A stretch of 64,000 bases of DNA, from NCBI GenBank assembly GCA_034002865.1, contig JAVEZR010000001.1:53247-117246 (forward strand). Reading direction: 5' to 3'. Position 1 is the first letter of the stretch; every line of letters begins with the position of its first letter. This document shows, piece after piece, positions 45,703-55,022 of this stretch. Origin of the DNA: Candidatus Dojkabacteria bacterium (GTDB taxonomy: Bacteria > Patescibacteriota > Dojkabacteria > SC72). Under the pieces are notes generated by a model that was not told where the DNA came from, made no database searches, and saw only the letters and a program-made list of their open reading frames with translations. A program made the translations under genes and the position numbers.

Positions 45703-45966
45703 ATGTCACTAGTCAAAGAAGAAAAGCAGAATATAATAAACGAATTTGCCCTCCATGAGGGTGATACTGGTTCTCCAGAAGTTCAGATAGCTATCCTTAC
45801 AGAAGAGATCACTAGATTAACTGAACATCTAAAGGATCATAAGAAAGATAATCACTCAAGGAGAGGCTTGCTACAGAAGGTAGGTAAGAGACGAAGACTT
45901 ATTCAATATCTTCAACTTAACGAACCTGAAAGATACGAGACATTTTCAAAGAAAATAAAGATATAG
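45703..45966 (+). CDS. rpsO: 30S ribosomal protein S15
   Basis: 87 aa: [51 protein letters not shown]. Confidence 0.95.
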   Translation: MSLVKEEKQNIINEFALHEGDTGSPEVQIAILTEEITRLTEHLKDHKKDNHSRRGLLQKVGKRRRLIQYLQLNEPERYETFSKKIKI

Positions 45967-45970
45967 CTTA

Positions 45971-46000
45971 GGGGCTTTTGTTAAAAGCCTTTCTTTTTCT
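45971..46000 (+). terminator. rpsO-pnp intergenic hairpin (ggctttt / gtt / aaaagcc) plus T-tract; attenuator or terminator
   Basis: A 7-9-bp stem at 45971-45991 followed by ttctttttct. This rpsO-pnp position corresponds to the regulatory hairpin known in other bacteria. Confidence 0.5.
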
Positions 46001-46076
46001 CCTCTCTCTTGATATAACTTCTAAGTTAAAGGCCTAAAGCCTGAGTTTTGATAATTTAATATTTATACATTTATTT

Positions 46077-48182
46077 ATGCTTTTTAATCATAAAATATAC
46101 GAATTTGAAATAGATGGTAGGAAGTGTTCCTTTGAAACAGGAAAGCTTGCCTTGCGATCTGAATCTGCAATTATTGCCAGAATGGGCGATACTGTTGTAG
46201 AAGTTAATGTGAACAGTGCTCCAGCAAAAGGAGATCTCGACTATTTCCCTCTCTCTGTAGAGTACATAGAAAGATTCTATGCATCTGGAAAGATAAATGG
46301 GTCTAGATTTGTAAAGATAGAGAGATATCCTAGTGATGATGCTGTTCTTAAGGCAAGGATGATAGATAGGGCACTACGTCCTAGATTCCCCAGTGATTAC
46401 AGAAATGAGGTAAGTCTAATTGTAACTGTAATGTCATATGATGAAGAGAATGACCCTGTCCTCTTAGCAATTAATGCAGCTTCAGTTGCTTTACTTAATT
46501 CTAAGGCACCATTCAATGGACCTGTATCAGGTGTAAGAATGGGGATTGTAGATGGGAAGATAAAGCCAATATATAAGAGTATGGAGGATGTAGATGAGAA
46601 GAATCAAATGAACTATGTAGTAGGTGGAGATGGAGAGCAGTTCTCAATGATTGATGCAGGCTGTTATGAAGTACCAGAGGATCAAGTAATAGATGCAATG
46701 GAGAGTAGTCTTGTAGAAATGAAAGTATGGGTAGAGGAACAGAACAAATTTGTAGATATGTTAGAGAAGAAAGATAAAGCATATGTACCATTTGTAATAG
46801 AAGAAGATATGCTAAATGCTATTTCAGAATTTCTAGGAGATAGGGTATTAGAGAATCTCTTAGCTGCTGATAGACAGAAGCATGAGGAAACCAAAGAGGA
46901 GATGTTTAAGCAGTTTGAGGGTAAATATACAAAATCAAATATGACAGAAGCATATGATAAGCTTCAGAAGAAAGCATTACGTAAGTATGTAAAAGAAACC
47001 AAAAAGAGAGTTGATGGAAGAGAGTTAAATGAGATTAGGGAAATGGCTGCAGAGGTAGATTTACTACCTAGAGTCCATGGATCTGCCCTCTTTACAAGAG
47101 GAGTAACCCAAGTTCTCTCTATAGCTACATTAGGTAGTCTTAAGGATGCAAAGTTAGTGGACGATATGTTAGGTGAGAAAGAGAAAAGATATATGCACTT
47201 CTATAATGATTTACCATTCGCATACGGTGTCGCAGACAGAGTTAGGTTAAATCCAAGTAGGAGAGCTGTAGGTCATGGAATGTTAGCAGAGAAAGCCCTT
47301 ATTCCTGTAATACCATCAGAGTCAGATTTCCCATATACAATCCTAGTTATGTCTGAGATACAGGGAGAGAATGGATCTAGCTCAATGGCTTCAGCATGTG
47401 GTTCCTCTTTAGCACTAATGGCAGCAGGTGTCCCTATACGAAAGATAGTGGGTGGTATTGCTTGTGGTCTTGTTGCAGATGAAAACGGAGAGTTTCATAT
47501 CTTAACTGATATGCAAGGTGTAGAAGATTTCTATGGAGACATGGATTTCAAAGTAACAGGTACAAAGGATGGAATAACTGCAGTACAAATGGATACTAAG
47601 ATGGCAGGATTGAGTATGGATATTGTTAAGGCAACATTTGAAGTATCTAAAGAGGCAAGAGTAAAAGTAATTGAAGTAATTGAAGGCTCTCTTTCTGAGT
47701 CTAGAGGAGAAATCTCTAAGTTTGCACCAAAGGTAGCTAGAGAGAAAATACCCGTAGACAAGATTGGAGAGTTAATTGGCCCTGGAGGTAAAAATATTAG
47801 AGAATTAACTGAACAGACTGGAGCAGAGATAGCTGTAGAGGAAGATGGTACTGTAAATATATACTCTTCAAGTCAAGAGTCTATAGATATGGCACTGAAA
47901 TATGTTAAAGGTCTTAGCTTTGTACCAGTAGTAGGAGAGATATATGACGGTAAGGTAGCCTCTATCATGGAGTACGGAGCCTTCGTAGATATTGCTCCAG
48001 GAGTATCTGGCTTAGTACATGTATCTGAGATTACAGATGAATTTGTAAAAGATGTACATAAATTCCTTAATGAGGGAGACAGTGTAAAGATAAAGATATT
48101 GGAGAAAGATAAGCTTGGGAGATTAAAATTCAGTATCAAACAGGCAACAGAAGGAAATAAGAGAGAAGAAGTTCAGGAGTAA
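46077..48182 (+). CDS. pnp: Polyribonucleotide nucleotidyltransferase (PNPase)
   Basis: 701 aa. Two RNase PH-like domains, then KH (IGELIGPGGKNIRELTEQTGAEI) and S1 (GKVASIMEYGAFVDIAPGVSGLVHVSEI) domains. Confidence 0.95.
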   Translation: MLFNHKIYEFEIDGRKCSFETGKLALRSESAIIARMGDTVVEVNVNSAPAKGDLDYFPLSVEYIERFYASGKINGSRFVKIERYPSDDAVLKARMIDRALRPRFPSDYRNEVSLIVTVMSYDEENDPVLLAINAASVALLNSKAPFNGPVSGVRMGIVDGKIKPIYKSMEDVDEKNQMNYVVGGDGEQFSMIDAGCYEVPEDQVIDAMESSLVEMKVWVEEQNKFVDMLEKKDKAYVPFVIEEDMLNAISEFLGDRVLENLLAADRQKHEETKEEMFKQFEGKYTKSNMTEAYDKLQKKALRKYVKETKKRVDGRELNEIREMAAEVDLLPRVHGSALFTRGVTQVLSIATLGSLKDAKLVDDMLGEKEKRYMHFYNDLPFAYGVADRVRLNPSRRAVGHGMLAEKALIPVIPSESDFPYTILVMSEIQGENGSSSMASACGSSLALMAAGVPIRKIVGGIACGLVADENGEFHILTDMQGVEDFYGDMDFKVTGTKDGITAVQMDTKMAGLSMDIVKATFEVSKEARVKVIEVIEGSLSESRGEISKFAPKVAREKIPVDKIGELIGPGGKNIRELTEQTGAEIAVEEDGTVNIYSSSQESIDMALKYVKGLSFVPVVGEIYDGKVASIMEYGAFVDIAPGVSGLVHVSEITDEFVKDVHKFLNEGDSVKIKILEKDKLGRLKFSIKQATEGNKREEVQE

Positions 48183-48203
48183 TCTCTAAATTGGTATTGC
48201 AAG

Positions 48204-48235
48204 AGGGGAGGCTTAGCTTCCCCTTTCTCTTTCTA
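48204..48235 (+). terminator. Rho-independent terminator after pnp (9-bp stem aggggaggc / tta / gcttcccct, then T-rich run)
   Basis: Hairpin at 48204-48224 followed by ttctctttct. It lies between the convergent pnp and rsmB-family genes. Confidence 0.6.
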
Positions 48236-48240
48236 ATACC

Positions 48241-49299
48241 CTATGCTTTAACTATCTTAGCAATATAGAACCCCATCATTTCAGGAGAGGGTAAAATTCT
48301 AATACTCTTTTTAACTGAAGGATCATATGTATTACCACTCCAATGAGTTATACCAGGAGATGTAAACTGCTTAAAAGCTTTAAATTTGTCAGAGCTAATT
48401 AAATCTATATCTACTACCTTTGCATTCCTATGCTTATCTAATAGGTATGTAACAATCGCTTCATTCTCTTCTGGTTCTAATGTACATGTAGAGTAAACAA
48501 GTGTACCACCACTTTTTAATGTTCTAAATGCAGACTCTATTAACTCCTTTTGTAGAGTAGAGGAACCTTTTACTTTCTTAATACTCCAAAATCTTAGAGG
48601 TTTAGGACCCTTTAGATATATCATTCCCTCACCACTACATGGAGCATCTAGAAGAACTTTATCAAAATAGTCTGGGTACTTTCTACCAAACTCTCTTGCA
48701 TCACTAAGAGTAATCTTTACACTTGTAGCACCAAACTGTTCTACAACATTCCTAAGTGAATTTGTACGACTAACTTCTATTTCATTTGCAAGAATGGTTG
48801 CCTTATTATTTGTTAACTGTGCAATATGGGTAGTCTTACTACCAGGTGCGGAGCATAGATCAACGATAGTCTCCCTTGGCTTAGGATCTAATACCAATGT
48901 ACCTAATATGCTAGAGAGATTTTGTATATAGAAATCTCCATGCCTATACTCCTCTGTTTGTGACACCTCATCCTTATCCCTGTTATTAACAAAGTAGGTA
49001 TCAGGAGCCCACGGTATCTCCTCTAAGACATAACCCCTAAGCTTTAAACTTTTAAATGTATCCTGTGGTCTAGCTTTAAGAGAGTTTAATCTAATAGTAG
49101 TTCTTGCTCTTTGGCTAAATATTGGTACTATCTGAGCCTTAGATACTCTTAATATACTTGCCATTCTTGAGATAAAGATATCCTCTTTCGTGTAATATCT
49201 TTCCTCTTTAGAGCTATCATAGAAAGGAACTGCTCTTTTCCTCTTAAAATTTGTTCTTAGCTTCCTCTTAAATTCTCTTCCCTTTTTTCTATCTTTCAT
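48241..49299 (-). CDS. RsmB/RsmF (NOL1/NOP2/Sun) family rRNA cytosine-C5 methyltransferase
   Basis: SAM-binding DLCSAPGSKTTHIA, and catalytic LLDAPCSGEGMI and TLVYSTCTLEPEENE motifs. There is no NusB-like N-domain. Confidence 0.75.
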   Translation of the reverse strand: MKDRKKGREFKRKLRTNFKRKRAVPFYDSSKEERYYTKEDIFISRMASILRVSKAQIVPIFSQRARTTIRLNSLKARPQDTFKSLKLRGYVLEEIPWAPDTYFVNNRDKDEVSQTEEYRHGDFYIQNLSSILGTLVLDPKPRETIVDLCSAPGSKTTHIAQLTNNKATILANEIEVSRTNSLRNVVEQFGATSVKITLSDAREFGRKYPDYFDKVLLDAPCSGEGMIYLKGPKPLRFWSIKKVKGSSTLQKELIESAFRTLKSGGTLVYSTCTLEPEENEAIVTYLLDKHRNAKVVDIDLISSDKFKAFKQFTSPGITHWSGNTYDPSVKKSIRILPSPEMMGFYIAKIVKA

Positions 49300-50027
49300 T
49301 ATATATCTCCCTTTAGATATTTTAATATACTACCAATTACTAACCCTGCTGTTTCTGTTCTTAGCATATTACCCTCTAGTTTAATAAAGCTAAATCCTAA
49401 ATCTTTGAATATCTCTATATCACTCTCACCCCATCCCTTCTCAGGACCTATTGCAATCACAAATGGCTTCTTTATATTAACACCCTTTACATACTGACTT
49501 AGAGAGGATGTTTGTACATTCTCTGTAGCTAGACATATCTTATTACTACCTTCATCTACAGAGAGCTCTGTAATTTTAATAGGTTTCTCTATTATCGTAC
49601 TCTTTAAAGTTCTAGATTGTTCTACAGCATCTTTAATAATCTTTCTCCAAAGACCGTAATCTTTAATAGCCTTGTTTTTACTTCTAAGAGAATATTTAGA
49701 CTCTATTGGAACAATTCTATCTATACCAATCTCTACAGATTTTTCTATAAAGAAGTTAAACTTACTATCATTACTTAATGATTGAATAATTGTAAAATCT
49801 ATTCCATCTAAAACATCCTTCTCTTCAATCATCTCTCTGATCTCTACCTCCACAGAGCTCTTCTCTATATCTGTTACTATTGCTAAAAAGATAGATTGAT
49901 AGTTCTCTATTTCAATAACATCTTCAATATTGAGCTTCAGTGTATTAATAGCAAAGCTACTATCTTTGTCTGATAGGTGAGTAATATCTCCCTCTTCTAA
50001 TTTATGACTAATAAAGAATCTTTTCAT
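49299..50027 (-). CDS. rsmE: 16S rRNA (uracil1498-N3)-methyltransferase RsmE
   Basis: MKRFFIS... N-terminus, IAIGPEKGW and NMLRTETAG motifs; 242 aa. Confidence 0.75.
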   Translation of the reverse strand: MKRFFISHKLEEGDITHLSDKDSSFAINTLKLNIEDVIEIENYQSIFLAIVTDIEKSSVEVEIREMIEEKDVLDGIDFTIIQSLSNDSKFNFFIEKSVEIGIDRIVPIESKYSLRSKNKAIKDYGLWRKIIKDAVEQSRTLKSTIIEKPIKITELSVDEGSNKICLATENVQTSSLSQYVKGVNIKKPFVIAIGPEKGWGESDIEIFKDLGFSFIKLEGNMLRTETAGLVIGSILKYLKGDI

Positions 50028-50080
50028 ATGTGCTCATTATACCACCTAGGAGCTTAAAACGTTGTTTTTTAGTATAAAAC

Positions 50081-50109
50081 TTGACATGTTAAGCAAAAAA
50101 TAATTAGAT
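50081..50109 (+). promoter_or_regulatory. Candidate promoter for the 7-gene envelope operon (perfect -35 TTGACA; weak -10)
   Basis: TTGACA at 50081-50086. The best -10 candidate 17 nt downstream is TTAGAT, a poor match. The 115-nt region is AT-rich and sits between divergent rsmE and the operon. Confidence 0.25.
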
Positions 50110-50142
50110 GTATTAATAACTAAAGTTTAAATATTTGAAAAT

Positions 50143-50463
50143 ATGGAAACAATCCCCCCTTTATATTGGATGATAATTATTGCAATAGGAGTAGGCTTTA
50201 TCTGCTTCGTCCTATATGAATTTGCAATGCTAATTAAAGAGTCTAAGAATGCTGTAGCTGATTCAAGGAAGATTATTCAAGAAGCTGAGAAAACAGTGGA
50301 TATGGCTAATAAAATTGTAACAGAGGCAACAGAGATTGTAGGAGTTGTAAAAGGTACAGTCTATGAATTAAATAGTGCAATAATAAGGCCAGTGAGAAAG
50401 ATTTCATCATTGGTATCTGTAGCATCCGCATTTACTGAGGGTTTAACCTCTAAAAGAAAGTAG
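50143..50463 (+). CDS. Small single-pass membrane protein with a coiled-coil tail (first gene of the envelope operon)
   Basis: 106 aa. TM LYWMIIIAIGVGFICFVLYEFAML, then a heptad-like helical region. Confidence 0.4.
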   Translation: METIPPLYWMIIIAIGVGFICFVLYEFAMLIKESKNAVADSRKIIQEAEKTVDMANKIVTEATEIVGVVKGTVYELNSAIIRPVRKISSLVSVASAFTEGLTSKRK

Positions 50464-50504
50464 AAATCGTTGCTATTGCGTTTCTCTCTTTGTATGATGA
50501 ATAG

Positions 50505-52127
50505 ATGCATTTAACACCTTACCAAAAAAGACAGCTGAAGATTGTTGTTGCTTTAGTTATAGGCATACCATTAACAATATTTGCCGTATATCAAGGTATT
50601 CAGTATCTCTCCAAAGCAAGTGCAGATGTAACTCCTCAAGATGTTGTAATTACTAACCTAACAACTAACTCTCTTACAGTAACATGGTTTACGCAGAGTT
50701 CTGCAGATGGATATGTTGTTCCACTATTAAATGGAGTAGAGCAAAGTCCTGTTAGAGACAAAAGGGGGAGTGGCAAGAGAACATCCCACTATGTTGAATT
50801 AAGAAGTCTAGAGCCTAGTACTAAATATAGCTTTACGATAGTGTCAGGAGGTAGTAAGTATACGAATAGTAGTGGTATAAACTATGAGTTTACAACTGCA
50901 CCTGTTGGTACTGATACTCCAATTCCAAACCCTATACATGGTACTGTAACAGGGATTTCTAATGATGATGTTGTTGTGTATGTATTCCCTAAAAACAAAA
51001 GTACATATCCAGTATCTACAACAATCCCAAGCGGTGGTAACTGGATAGTAGATCTTTCTTCTTTGAGAAAGATATCTGACAAGAGTATGGTAAAGATTAC
51101 TGATGATACTGAGTTAGTATTAATGGCTAAAAATACTGCAAATAAAGGAGCAGTACTAGAGGGGTCATACTCATCTCTTTTTGATAGTAATGGGAAATTA
51201 AATAGAACACTCTCCTTAGCTATAGGAGAGCTTGGAGATCTCATTACACACTTTCCTGACGATTCGAAGTTAGGAACGAAAGCTGTAGTTACTACCAAAC
51301 CTACTCCAACTCCTACGCCGAAGCCTCCTACAACTCCTACTAAAGATCCTGATGAAGAAGATACCGATACAGTTGTAGATCGAGATTATCAAATAGTGCA
51401 TGATTTAAGATGGGTAGATATGGTTACTGGGCAGGCTACTAGTAACTTACAAAGTGGAGAGGGTACAGTACTGATTACAAACTTAACAGATGTAGGCTTT
51501 ACTGTTGTATGGAGATCTCCTCAGAAAGTAGATGGATATATAAAGTATGGAACAAGTAAGACATCTCTTACAGAAGAGGTTTGGGATGTTAGAGATGGTT
51601 TGTCCAATAGAGGTACATACTATGCTCACTCAGTAGAGAGTAAAAGGGTAGATCCCGATACTACATACTACTTTACAATATACTCTGGAGAGGATATCTA
51701 TAACAACTCGGGAAGTATGTACTCTGTTACAACTCTTCCTACTTTAAGTTCTCCTCCTCCCTTTGAAACTAGATCTGGTTCTCTTGGAGAAGTGTCTACT
51801 CCTGGTGATTGGATAGTAGTTGCTAAAATTGTAGATGACGATGAAGCAGGTACATTGGGTAGCTCTAAGTTAATGTCTACAATCCCAGATGATAATGGGT
51901 ATTGGATATTAACAGTAGGAGATACTAGAAGTGAGGATGGTAGTACATACTTCTCATTCTCTAATACAGATATACTTAATATATACTTCTTAGGAGCAAA
52001 GGAGAAGCTATTTGAATTCCCTATGTCTATCTCTGAGATTAGCTTAGATACCTCTTCTGTAGGTAGTGCTGTAGTAGAAAGTAGTGTTAAATTGCTTTCT
52101 GATTATGGAATAGTTAATATAAAGTGA
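50505..52127 (+). CDS. Secreted or anchored protein with two FN3/PAP-N-like domains in tandem-duplicated modules
   Basis: 540 aa with an N-terminal TM or signal. Module 1 is TNLTTNSLTVTWFTQSSADGYVV...TSHYVELRSLEPSTKYSFTIVSGGSKYTNSSG. Module 2 is TNLTDVGFTVVWRSPQKVDGYIKYG...YYAHSVESKRVDPDTTYYFTIYSGEDIYNNSG. A Thr/Pro-rich linker (KPTPTPTPKPPTTPTKDP) separates them. Confidence 0.5.
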   Translation: MHLTPYQKRQLKIVVALVIGIPLTIFAVYQGIQYLSKASADVTPQDVVITNLTTNSLTVTWFTQSSADGYVVPLLNGVEQSPVRDKRGSGKRTSHYVELRSLEPSTKYSFTIVSGGSKYTNSSGINYEFTTAPVGTDTPIPNPIHGTVTGISNDDVVVYVFPKNKSTYPVSTTIPSGGNWIVDLSSLRKISDKSMVKITDDTELVLMAKNTANKGAVLEGSYSSLFDSNGKLNRTLSLAIGELGDLITHFPDDSKLGTKAVVTTKPTPTPTPKPPTTPTKDPDEEDTDTVVDRDYQIVHDLRWVDMVTGQATSNLQSGEGTVLITNLTDVGFTVVWRSPQKVDGYIKYGTSKTSLTEEVWDVRDGLSNRGTYYAHSVESKRVDPDTTYYFTIYSGEDIYNNSGSMYSVTTLPTLSSPPPFETRSGSLGEVSTPGDWIVVAKIVDDDEAGTLGSSKLMSTIPDDNGYWILTVGDTRSEDGSTYFSFSNTDILNIYFLGAKEKLFEFPMSISEISLDTSSVGSAVVESSVKLLSDYGIVNIK

Positions 52128-52130
52128 GGT

Positions 52131-53504
52131 TTGTTAATTGTTTATAAATGCATTAGAATCATTTGCTTAATGGATATTAAAAGTACACTCTTAAAATTTA
52201 AACCCATATTCTTCTTACTACTAATGTCTTTTGTGACCTTTACTCTTGTATGGACAGTTAATCAGTTTAAAGATAGCTCTGAGTTTGTATCTGCCAAAGA
52301 GAACACTAAGGAGTTAAATTCTGTAGAAATAGTATCTCCTGTTTTAAATGAAAGTGATAGTGCAGTACCTGAGAAAGTGCAGGAGGATAACAAACCAATA
52401 GTGTTAAGTACAATAGCTTCTAGTGAATGCTCTGCATCGGTCATTAAGATAGACTCATACTCGGTTTGTACTAGAGGTGGCAGTGCAGAAATAGACTATA
52501 AAGATGGGTACAGATCGGGTACCTCTGTAAGTAAGAACTCAACCGTTGAACTAGTAGAGGTTAATATCCCTCTAGAGCTATTCTCAGGTTCTGGTGTAAA
52601 AGATTCGAATAGGAAAATTACAACAAAAACACCGATATATAAACCTGCAGGAGAACAGCTCGATCCTAAGGTCGCAAATGTAAAGCTACCTCCCGGTACT
52701 AATATAGTTGAGTATAAAAGCCCAGTAAAAGATAGACCTTTCTCTACACCATACACTACATCGATGGCAGATCAGGTATCAGAAGATGGTGAGGTGATTG
52801 TTGATAAGAAGATAATAAATAATTGTGAAGAGTGTAATAACCCTTCTAATGTGAATCCAGATAACTCAAATAAAAGCTCTGAATTTGTATATGAATCTCT
52901 GTATAAAGCACCCGGAGAAAAAGCTACCGCTAACACATCTAAAGCTATTGAGTCTTGTACTGAGGATGATCAATTTGTAGATTGGCCATCTCCAGCATCT
53001 AATAGAAAAGCATGTGCTACATCTCCTATAGCTGTTGCAGTAAAGCTTATACAGACATTCTCTGAAGCGATATGGAGCGAGTGTAATGGGATTTTGAAAT
53101 ACGATGCTAATGGTAATCCTATTCCTCCTAGCGATAATTGTATTCGTCCTGAAGATATTGTAATAAAGATGACATCGGCTTTTGGTTCGGACAGAGAGTG
53201 TCTTGATGGTGTGTGTACGAATGCATATATGAATACAAGAAATAAAGTAGCATTGATGCCTTCAGAGTCAGAGAAGTATTCAGATAAGGTATATTACACT
53301 ACAGATTGTAAGGTAATTATCGAAGGTAAGAGATATACTGTAAAGTGTGCATGGGATATGTCTCATCTATTTAAAGAAAGGAAGTTCTCGGAGTATGATG
53401 ATTTACCAGATATTGAGAAAACTCCTCCCAAAGAGGTTTATAAAGATTTTTTAACCAATGAAGCTACTAAGAGACAGTATGAGCCAGTAGTAAAAATATA
53501 TTAG
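52131..53504 (+). CDS. Cys-rich secreted or anchored hypothetical protein
   Basis: 457 aa. The probable start is the internal Met (MDIKSTLLKFKPIFFLLLMSF) with a TM anchor. More than 20 Cys in the extracytoplasmic part. No known motif. Confidence 0.45.
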   Translation: MLIVYKCIRIICLMDIKSTLLKFKPIFFLLLMSFVTFTLVWTVNQFKDSSEFVSAKENTKELNSVEIVSPVLNESDSAVPEKVQEDNKPIVLSTIASSECSASVIKIDSYSVCTRGGSAEIDYKDGYRSGTSVSKNSTVELVEVNIPLELFSGSGVKDSNRKITTKTPIYKPAGEQLDPKVANVKLPPGTNIVEYKSPVKDRPFSTPYTTSMADQVSEDGEVIVDKKIINNCEECNNPSNVNPDNSNKSSEFVYESLYKAPGEKATANTSKAIESCTEDDQFVDWPSPASNRKACATSPIAVAVKLIQTFSEAIWSECNGILKYDANGNPIPPSDNCIRPEDIVIKMTSAFGSDRECLDGVCTNAYMNTRNKVALMPSESEKYSDKVYYTTDCKVIIEGKRYTVKCAWDMSHLFKERKFSEYDDLPDIEKTPPKEVYKDFLTNEATKRQYEPVVKIY

Positions 53505-53526
53505 ATTAATTTATTAACAAACAACA

Positions 53527-55011
53527 ATGAGTATATCTCTTAAAGTATATGGTAGCGGTCTTAGGATAAAAAGATTCCTAGGCACTAAAACATTCCAGAG
53601 CTCTCTTATTGCTTTCTTGTCGGTATTGATGTTCTTTGGGACATTTAATATATATGCTCAAGAAGGTATTTCGCCTGAGTGGGAAGGTACAAAGAGGTTT
53701 CACAATATTATAAGTGGAACTGACGGAGAGGAAGATAATATGAACAGTATGCAAGGATTGGAAATTCTAAATTCCGGTTGGGCAATTTTCTCTATTATGG
53801 TACCAGAGGCTACTCAGAATGCAGATAAAGTACTGTCGGATTCAAAAATCCCTAATGACTTAAAAAGGGGAGTCCTTGGAATGGCTGAAGATGCTAGCTA
53901 TGCTGCGTATGCATCATACCCTTCAGTAGATGTGGGAAAACATTTAGCTCAACAGTGGGTACCTGGCTATCAAGAGAGCGTTACAAGCTTGTATGCACAG
54001 AGCTCTTCTGCAGGACATGAATCGGGATACTCTGAATTAATGGGAAGTGGAATAGTGAAGCTATGGAATAGGGTGTTAAATATTGCATATGTAGCATTTG
54101 TTGTAGTAATGATAGCTGCAGGCTTTATGATTATGTTTAGACATAAGCTTGGTGGTCAGACTATGGTAACCATAGGGAATGTATTACCAGGAGTTATTAC
54201 AGCCCTTATTATTGCTACATTCAGTTTCGCTATAGCAGGATTAATAATAGATTTCGGTGGGGTATTAACCTCTATTGTAGTGTTTATTCTAAAAGGGAGT
54301 TCGGATTTGAATATTCATAGTACATCTAACATATATACACTGATGATAGGGGCCTTTGGTAATGTACTCAATGATCTCGGGAAGCTGTCTCCTGTACATA
54401 CGGGAGTTGGAGTAATAGACAAAGTATTAGATCTCTCAGCTATAGTAATAGGTATAGTTGGAACCGTTGCAACAGTCGGTATTCCACTGTTAATTTTAGG
54501 ATTAATTACAGCCGGTGTTGTTTTTGTTGGGGCTGTGAAAGTTTTAATTGTCCTGTTCAAGGCATACTTTAATATCCTCCTAAATACAATTATTGGTCCT
54601 GTTCAGATTGCATTAAGTGCTTTGCCTGGAAATGGACACATGCTTCAAAATTGGTTTACAAGTATACTCAGAAATGTCTTAGTCTTTCCTTTGGTATTAG
54701 CAATAATAAATATACCAAATGCTATTGTTGCTGCTACGGATGGAGATTTTGATTTAAAACTCCCTGAGAAGCTAACATATGATCAGAATCAAGGTATTTT
54801 TGAAACTTTAGTTCCAAATCTTGGACTGAATATAGGAGGAGGTTTTGTAATGGTTCTCTTTAGAATCTTTATCCTTTATTTCGCAGCTCAAGCACCTAAA
54901 TTCCTTGAAGCGTGGTTACCACCTAATACTCCAAAGCCAGTTGGAGAGGCTATGGTGTCGGCGAAAGGTAGTCTATCTAAAGTTCCTTTGATTGGAACAC
55001 TATTTAAGTAG
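53527..55011 (+). CDS. Polytopic membrane protein (~7-8 TM) with a signal peptide and ~150-aa extracytoplasmic N-domain; VirB6/TrbL-like architecture
   Basis: 494 aa. Signal-like N-terminus (LIAFLSVLMFFGTFNIYAQE). Multiple Gly/Ile/Val-rich TM helices (e.g. VLDLSAIVIGIVGTVATVGIPLLILGLITAGVVFVGAVKVLIVLF). Resemblance to VirB6/ConG-type proteins rests on architecture only. Confidence 0.4.
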   Translation: MSISLKVYGSGLRIKRFLGTKTFQSSLIAFLSVLMFFGTFNIYAQEGISPEWEGTKRFHNIISGTDGEEDNMNSMQGLEILNSGWAIFSIMVPEATQNADKVLSDSKIPNDLKRGVLGMAEDASYAAYASYPSVDVGKHLAQQWVPGYQESVTSLYAQSSSAGHESGYSELMGSGIVKLWNRVLNIAYVAFVVVMIAAGFMIMFRHKLGGQTMVTIGNVLPGVITALIIATFSFAIAGLIIDFGGVLTSIVVFILKGSSDLNIHSTSNIYTLMIGAFGNVLNDLGKLSPVHTGVGVIDKVLDLSAIVIGIVGTVATVGIPLLILGLITAGVVFVGAVKVLIVLFKAYFNILLNTIIGPVQIALSALPGNGHMLQNWFTSILRNVLVFPLVLAIINIPNAIVAATDGDFDLKLPEKLTYDQNQGIFETLVPNLGLNIGGGFVMVLFRIFILYFAAQAPKFLEAWLPPNTPKPVGEAMVSAKGSLSKVPLIGTLFK

Positions 55012-55022
55012 TCCAATTCTTT

